DNA of 64,000 nt from an uncultured Verrucomicrobiae bacterium (GTDB taxonomy: Bacteria > Verrucomicrobiota > Verrucomicrobiia > Limisphaerales > JAFGQR01). Below the pieces are notes generated by a model. That model was not told where the DNA came from. It searched no databases and saw only the letters and a list, made by a program, of their open reading frames with translations. Positions 57,573 to 64,000 of the stretch are shown here, in pieces. Both the position numbers and the translations under genes were made by a program. Within the stretch, counting starts at the first letter, position 1; the number at the start of each line of letters is the position of its first letter. The DNA is taken from positions 1 to 64,000 of the forward strand of contig CAWBHS010000049.1 of assembly GCA_963788655.1 (NCBI GenBank), in the 5' to 3' direction.

Positions 57573-57920
57573 TTAGGGCCGAAAGGCGGCGGTCGGGGTT
57601 ACCGACTGAACATACGTGGTCTGCCAAGTCCGCTCCGTCGAGTGGGCATATTCTTGGGCTTGCCAGAAGCCGACCGAAAGCCCGGCAGCCAGAAAGAGTC
57701 CCAGATAAGCCACGGCAAAGACTGGCCGCCGAACGGCCAGATCCCACCACCGGATGAGTGGTGCCAACCAACTCATGATACCGGCATTGCTCGGCGCGGT
57801 ATGGGCAATCCGGCGCCAGACATCTTGGGCAAACCGTGGCGGAAGTGGTTCATTGACTTTCCACGTTTGTAGGACCGTGCTCAGTCGCTCATCGCGGTCC
57901 ATATTATCGTTTCGATTCAT
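57573..57920 (-). CDS. Putative single-TM anti-sigma factor (CnrY-like)
   Basis: LSTVLQTW...PPRFAQDVWRRI, one TM, YVQSVTP; first gene of the trio. Confidence 0.7.
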   Translation of the reverse strand: MNRNDNMDRDERLSTVLQTWKVNEPLPPRFAQDVWRRIAHTAPSNAGIMSWLAPLIRWWDLAVRRPVFAVAYLGLFLAAGLSVGFWQAQEYAHSTERTWQTTYVQSVTPTAAFRP

Positions 57921-57995
57921 GATTTCAGCAAACTGATCCGTTATGGTTCCCTTTCCCGTTGTCCCGCGGCCACATGGGCCGCACCGTTATATTTA

Positions 57996-58021
57996 TACGT
58001 TCGCCGGGTCCAAATCACTCA
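57996..58021 (-). promoter_or_regulatory. Candidate autoregulated ECF promoter
   Basis: TGAGTGA-N13-AACGTA, about 75 nt upstream of the anti-sigma ATG. Confidence 0.6.
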
Positions 58022-58161
58022 AGAAAGGTTTGGGTGTTTTCTTCTATAGTCTGCCACAGCCGGACTGGTTTGGCGTGATTGCCGCAGTTCGCTACGGCTA
58101 ACAGAGTCCGCTGGGAGGTATGCTTCAAGCATGGTGGTCGGCAATTGACCTTTGAAGTTCG

Positions 58162-61100
58162 TCATGCCGGCACTTCGGTCACAACCGGCGGTGGCAGTTG
58201 GGTCTGCCGCCGGATGGCCCGCGAACGCCACAGGTAATAGATCGCCGGGAAGACCACCAGTTCCATGATCACCGAGGTGACCACGCCGCCGATCATCGGC
58301 GTGGCGATGCGCTTCATCACGTCGGCGCCCGCGCCGTGGCTCCACATGATCGGCAGCAGGCCGGCAATGATCACCGCCGCCGTCATGGCTTTGGGCCGGA
58401 CGCGCTTGACCGCGCCGTGGTAGATGGCGTCGCGCAGGTCGGCCAGGTGAGCGCATCAGTCCCTTTCTGCGTCCACTCGTCAAAGGCCAGGTCCAGATAG
58501 AGCAGCATGACCACGCCGGTTTCGGCGCTGATGCCGGCCAGCGCAATGAGGCCGATCCAGACCGCGACGCTCAGGTTGTAGTGCAGCCAGTAAAGCATCC
58601 AGATCGAGCCCACCAGCGCGAACGGCACCGCCAGCAGGACGATGGCGGTTTTGATCGCCGAGCGCGTGTTCAGGAAAATGATCAGCGTGATGATGAGCAG
58701 CGTGACCGGCACGACGAGCATCAAGCGTTGCTTGGCGCGCATGCATGTATTCGTACTGGCCGCTCCAGAAGAGGTTGTAGCCGTGCGGCAGGTTGATCTG
58801 GCCTTTGGCGATGGCTTCGTTGCACGGCGTGCTGGGCCATCTGCACGTAGGTGCCGACATCAATGTCTTTGATGTCCACGTAAATCCAGGCGTTGGGCAC
58901 CGGCGCCCTCGCTCTTGATGCCCGCCGGGCCGTCCACCACTTTGAGCGTGGCCAGTTCGCCCAGCGGCACCTGGGCGCCGGTGGGCGTGGGAATGACGAC
59001 CTGGTCGCGCAAGGCCTGCGAGGTCCTGGCGGTAATCCCGGTCGTAGCGCAGGTTGATCGTGTAGCGCTCCAGTCCTTCGACCGTCGTGGTGAGCGGCAT
59101 GCCGCCCAAGGCCACGGCCAGCACGTCCTGCACGTCGCCGAGGGTCAGGCCGTAGCGGGCGATGGCGTCGCGATTGATTTCGAACTCGACGTATTTCCCG
59201 CCCATGACGCGTTCGGCGTAGGCGCTGGTGGTGCCCGGCACCTCGCGGACCACGGCTTCGATTTGCGCGCCGATCCGTTCCAGCGTGGCCAGGTCGGGGC
59301 CGGCCACCTTGATGCCGACCGGCGTCTTGATGCCGGTGGAAAGCATGTCAATGCGCGTCTTGATCGGCATGGTCCAGGCGTTGGCCAGGCCGGGGAACTG
59401 GATCGCGCTGTTCATCGCGTCCACCAATTCGTCCGGCGTGCGCCGGCGGTGGGCGATGACGTTGCCGTCGTCGTCCTTGATGTCCACTGCCGGCCATTCC
59501 TCTTCCGGTTTGAGCATGATGGTGGCTTCGATCATGTTGAGCGGCGCGGGATCGGTGGCGGTGTCCGCGCGGCCGACCTTGCCGAAGACGTGTTTCACTT
59601 CCGGGAAGCGTCTTGATGATCTTGTCGGTCTGCTGCAGCAGTTCGCGCGCTTTGGTGACCGAGATGCCGGGGAAGGTCGTCGGCATGTAGAGCAGGTCGC
59701 CTTCGTAGAGCGGCGGCATGAATTCCGAGCCGAGGTTCTGGATAGGGAAACAACTTCCCGGCCTTGAAGGCCAATTCCTTGACCGGACCATCGGGCAACG
59801 AGTCGCGCGACCAGCCGGTTCCACGGCAGGAACACCCACAGCACGGTGATCGCCGACAGCGCTGACAATCCACCAGCGCCAGCGGATCGACCCAGTCAAT
59901 CAGCGGATGATAGATCCAGATCAGAAACCGGTTGATGGGATTCTTCTCCTCGGGCGGCGATTTTGCCGCGGATGAAATAGCCCATCAACACCGGCGCCAG
60001 CGTGATGGAGAGCAAGCGCCGCCGCGGCCATCGAGTAGGTCTTGGTGAAGGCCAGCGGCTTGAACAGCCGCCCTTCCTGCGCCTGCAGCGTGAACACCGG
60101 CAGGAACGAAACCGTGATCACCAGCAGCGAATAGAACAGCGTCGGCCCGACTTCGACGCGAGGCGTCGCGGATGATCTGCCAGTGCGGCTTTCTTGCCCT
60201 TGTCGTGCTCGAGATGTTTGTGGGCGTTCTCGATCATGATGATGACCGCGTCCACCATCGCGCCGATGGCGATGGCGATGCCGCCCAGCGACATGATGTT
60301 CGAACTGATGCCCTGGCCGATACATGACCAGGAACGAAATCAACACCGCGATGGGCAGGATCACGATGGCCACCAGCGCGCTGCGGAAGTGCAGCAGGAA
60401 CAGCAATGCACACCAGCGCCACCACGAGGCTTTCCTCGAGCAGCTTTTCTTCCAGCGTCTTGACGGCGCGATCAATCAGCGCGGTGCGGTCATAGGCGAT
60501 GGTGTATTGCACGTCCGGCGGCAGCGACTTCATCGCCTGGTCGAGTCGCTTCTTCACGTCCTGGATGACCTGCGCGCGCGTTGGCGCCGTAGCGCACGAC
60601 GACGATGCCGCCGACGGTTTCGCCCTCGCCGTTCAGTTCGGCGATGCCGCGGCGCATTTCGGGTCCGAATTGCACGTTGGCCACGTCGCGCAACAGGATG
60701 GGCACGCCGTTCGCGCCGACGCCCACGGCGACTTTCCGCAAGTCGATCGAGGTTCTGGATGTAGCCTTTGACGCGCAGGATGAACTCGCGTTTCGGCCAT
60801 TTCGATCGTGCGTCCGCCGACCTCGCCGTTGCTGCGCTGGATGGCCATGCTTGACGTGCGACAACGGAAGGTTGTAGGCGCGCAGTTTCACCGGGTCCAC
60901 CGTCACCTGGTATTGCTTCACGAACCCGCCGACCGAGGCGACTTCCGAGACGCCCTGGACGGCGCTCAATTGATATTTCAAATACCAGTCCTGATACGAG
61001 CGCAGTTCCTGCAGGCTGCGGTTGGTGGAGTTGATGGAATACATGAACGCCCAGCCCACGCCCGGTGGCATCCGGACCGAGCGTGGGCGTGACGCCGCGG

Positions 61101-61466
61101 GGCAACTGGCCGCCGATCTGGCTGAGATATTCCAGCACGCGGCTGCGCGCCCAATAGGGATCGGTGCCGTCCTGGAAGATCACATAGACGAACGAGAAGC
61201 CGTAGAACGAATAGCCGCGCACCACCTTGGCTTTGGGCACGGAGAGCATCTTGGTGGTGATGGGATACGTCACCTGGTCCTCGACGATCCGCGGCGCCTG
61301 GCCCGGATATTCGGTGTAAGATGATGACCTGCACGTCCGACAGGTCGGGGATGGCGTCGAGCGGGATGTTCTTCAGGGCATAGACGCCGCCCAGCACCAG
61401 CGCCAGCGTGGCCAGCAGGACGATGAACTTGTTCTTGAGCGAAAAATCAATGATGGCTTTGAGCAT
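58162..61466 (-). CDS. cusA: Second CusA-family RND pump (many frameshifts)
   Basis: [70 protein letters not shown]. Confidence 0.9.
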
Positions 61467-61593
61467 AACGGCATAGCGGCGTTCGACGTGGGTGGGGAAA
61501 GGAATTGCAGGAGTTGACGGTAGGATGGGATCCCCATGTGATCACGCACATAGGAGTGCGCACCGAAGCGGTGGCTTCCCGATTGGCGCGCCA

Positions 61594-62446
61594 GCGTTTT
61601 GGAGTGCGGCGGTCCTCTGCCGCTATTCGAACGTTGAGACGCCGTTCGAAAGCGCCAGCGGACTGGCGCAGTCCAAGAACTGGCGTCGTTTGCTGGGGCC
61701 GACAGGATGCGAAAATCTTCTCGCCAAGTTTGCAGGCGTTCGCCATCCTCACCGCATGCCCCAGCCCCGGACTCCTTGGCCACATGCTCCCACTCATCAA
61801 CTCTCGGTGCGCGGCACGTACTTTGTCACTGCCAGCACCTATCGCAAAGCGCATCACTTCCGGGGCACGGAGCGCTTGCGGGTGTTGCACCGCGGCTTGC
61901 TGACCGTGGCCCGGGACTTTGCCTGGGAAGTCGAGGCTTGGGCGGTGTTCTCGAATCACTATCACTTCGTCGCCCATTCGCCGCCCAACGCCCCCGATGC
62001 CACCTACCTCTCGGACGTGCTGAGTGTGCTGCACGTCAGGACGGCCGCGTGGGTCAACCAACTCGATCATACGCCCGGTCGGCAGGTATGGTTCAATTTT
62101 CGTGAGACGCGGTTGACCTACCAGAAATCCTACCTGGCGCGGCTGAATTATGTGCACCAAAATCCGGTGAAACACGGGCTGGTCCGGGTGGCCAGCCAGT
62201 ATCCGTGGGGTTCGGCACGGTGGTTCGAACGTTCCGCTTCGGCGGCCATGGTGAAAGCCATCTATCGTTTTCGAACCGATCAGGTGCGCGTGGTGGACGA
62301 TTTCGATCCGGCGCCGGAGTGGTGAGCGTGCGGCGCGCGGATGCGAAAGCGGCAGAGGACTGCCGCAGTCCAAAACGCTTCGCGACGTTTGAGCCGGTCC
62401 GAGCGGGCGCCAGCTTTTGGACTGCGGCAGTCCTCTGCCGCTTTCG
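61594..62446. mobile_element. REP-RAYT module: two REP doublets flanking the transposase gene
   Basis: REP units at 61594-61629, 61647-61680, 62344-62378 and 62413-62446 (ttttgga[gc]tgcggc.gtcctctgccgct.ttcg and variants). Confidence 0.85.
61756..62325 (+). CDS. REP-associated tyrosine transposase (RAYT, Y1 HUH family)
   Basis: GTYFVTAST, AWAVFSNHYH (HUH), VWFNF, YVHQNPVKHGLV...YPWGS; intact 189 aa. Confidence 0.9.
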   Translation: MPQPRTPWPHAPTHQLSVRGTYFVTASTYRKAHHFRGTERLRVLHRGLLTVARDFAWEVEAWAVFSNHYHFVAHSPPNAPDATYLSDVLSVLHVRTAAWVNQLDHTPGRQVWFNFRETRLTYQKSYLARLNYVHQNPVKHGLVRVASQYPWGSARWFERSASAAMVKAIYRFRTDQVRVVDDFDPAPEW

Positions 62447-62485
62447 AACATGAGCCGGGGCACCATTTCTCCAACCACGCCAATG

Positions 62486-64000
62486 TTAGTGTTGAAGCTC
62501 ATGCTCCTTGCGCCAATTCTCCTCCGCGATTTTTCCATGTTTCACCGTGCTGGTGGGCACCAGGTCCATGTCGCACTTGGGGCACTTCCCTGGCTGGTCG
62601 GAAACCACATCGGCATGGCTCGCCATCGGGCAGGTGTAGAGCGTTGGGACCGATGGATTGCTCTTTGAGTCGCCGCGCGGGTTGCCGGACTCGGAGCGGT
62701 TCAGGGGAACCAGTTTCATCCCGCAAATCGGACAATTGCCCGGCTGGGGCTGCTTTACCGAAGGATGCATGGGGCAGGAATAGATTTCAGTTTCCACTGG
62801 GGATGAGCTCAATCCCGGTTTCCAATAGGATCTTTCAAGCGCGGCGACTCCGCTTTGTCTCGTTCCGATGAAGCGGCCGGGGCCGTCAACGGCGGGGTGC
62901 TCATCACTGGAATAAGGGTCATGCCGCACTTGGGGCACTTGCCAGGTTTGGCTTCGTGTACGTCACTGTGTTCCGGCATCGGGCAGGTGTAATACAGGAC
63001 TTTTCCGCCGGGATGCAGTTTTTCAAGCGTGCTCTTCGACACAGGCACCAGCGTCATGCCGCAAATCGGGCATTTGCCGGGATGATCGTATTCAATCGAA
63101 ATGTGCTCGGGCATTGGGCACACATACACCATTGCTGCCGATTCCGAGACTGTATTCACGGGTGCCGCATTTGTGTCGGTGGACGTTACGGAGTCGGCGG
63201 TGGTGGCCTGCTTGGGTTCGATCATTTTCTGGATCGCCTCGCGGAGTTGGCTTTCGGAATCGAGCATGAACTGGCCGGACGTCACCACGCGTTCGCCTTC
63301 TTTAAGCCCGGCGAGCACTGATACATGTCGTTTTCCGCGCGTGGACCGAGCACGACCGTGCGCGGCTCAAACCGTCCGCCATCCAGCGCCACGAAGACCG
63401 TGTTCTTCTGGCCGCTGCGCAGCACCGCGGAATCCGGAACGAGCAAGCGCCGACGGCGCCAATTCGGCATGCAGCTCGACGCTGGCGAACATGCCCGGCT
63501 TGAGGAAGAAGCCGGGATTGTGAAACTCCATCCGCACCCGCACGGTGCGGGTCTTTTCATCCAGGTACGGATAAATGTAGGTGACCCGCCCGCGAAACTT
63601 GCGGTCCGGCAGATAGGACAAGGTCACGACGGCTTCCTGGCCGAGTTTAAGGTAAGGCAGATCCTGTTCGTAAATCTCCGCCTGCACCCAGACCAATCCC
63701 AAGATCGGCCAACCGGTAAATCTTCATGCCGGCATTGACCATCTGTCCTTCGACGATGCGTTTCTCAGTAACAAATCCATCAATGGGCGCGAGGACTTGG
63801 AGCGTCTTCCTAGGTTGCCCGCTCTGGTCCAGTTCGGCGATTTGCTGGTCGGAAATATCCCAGTATTTCAACTTGAGCCGGGCGCTGGCTCGCAGCGCAT
63901 CTTGGCCGGAGTCTTGGCTGGAATTCGCTTCGGAATTCGTGGTGCGACGGGCGAGCAGATACTCGACCTGGGCGCTGTAAAGTTCCGGCGAATAGATTTC
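62486..64000 (-). CDS. cusB: Second CusB-type adaptor with four C-terminal CPM metal-binding domains (partial, frameshifted)
   Basis: YSPELYSAQVEYL, LKPGMF, SGQFMLDSES, then YVCPMPEH, YTCPMPEH, YSCPMHP, YTCPMASH, each followed by GxCPxCxM. Confidence 0.88.

Overview
GC-rich bacterial chromosomal window. Gene content and repeat style suggest a Verrucomicrobiota (Pedosphaera-like) organism; this is an inference. Essential genes (gatB, rho, glyA) carry many single-base frameshifts, most likely uncorrected long-read indels rather than true pseudogenes. Left to right: (1) a giant secreted alpha/beta-hydrolase/Ig/beta-helix protein with near-identical ~1.28-kb tandem repeats; (2) larA, gatB, a P1B-4 ATPase and a guanine deaminase; (3) two Tat-type Gfo/Idh/MocA oxidoreductases plus a discoidin/DUF6807 protein; (4) a tadA 3' fragment, a very acidic beta-solenoid protein, a secreted Ig-repeat protein and nadA; (5) a decayed accessory patch with an attC-like site, a truncated S41 peptidase, and transposase and phage-portal remnants; (6) rho, a LMW-phosphatase-RpiB-GlyA triple fusion, an S41 pseudo-protease and purD; (7) a PQQ-propeller/CxC-protein/ABC-exporter operon; (8) a small array in which two copies of the thiC 3' tail each directly precede a cargo unit (phd-relE, vsr fragment); (9) an >18-kb copper-resistance region with two Cus-type RND systems, CopA, a cnrYXH-like ECF module with a candidate promoter motif, and a RAYT transposase flanked by REPs. 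Several REP/REPIN families are scattered throughout.
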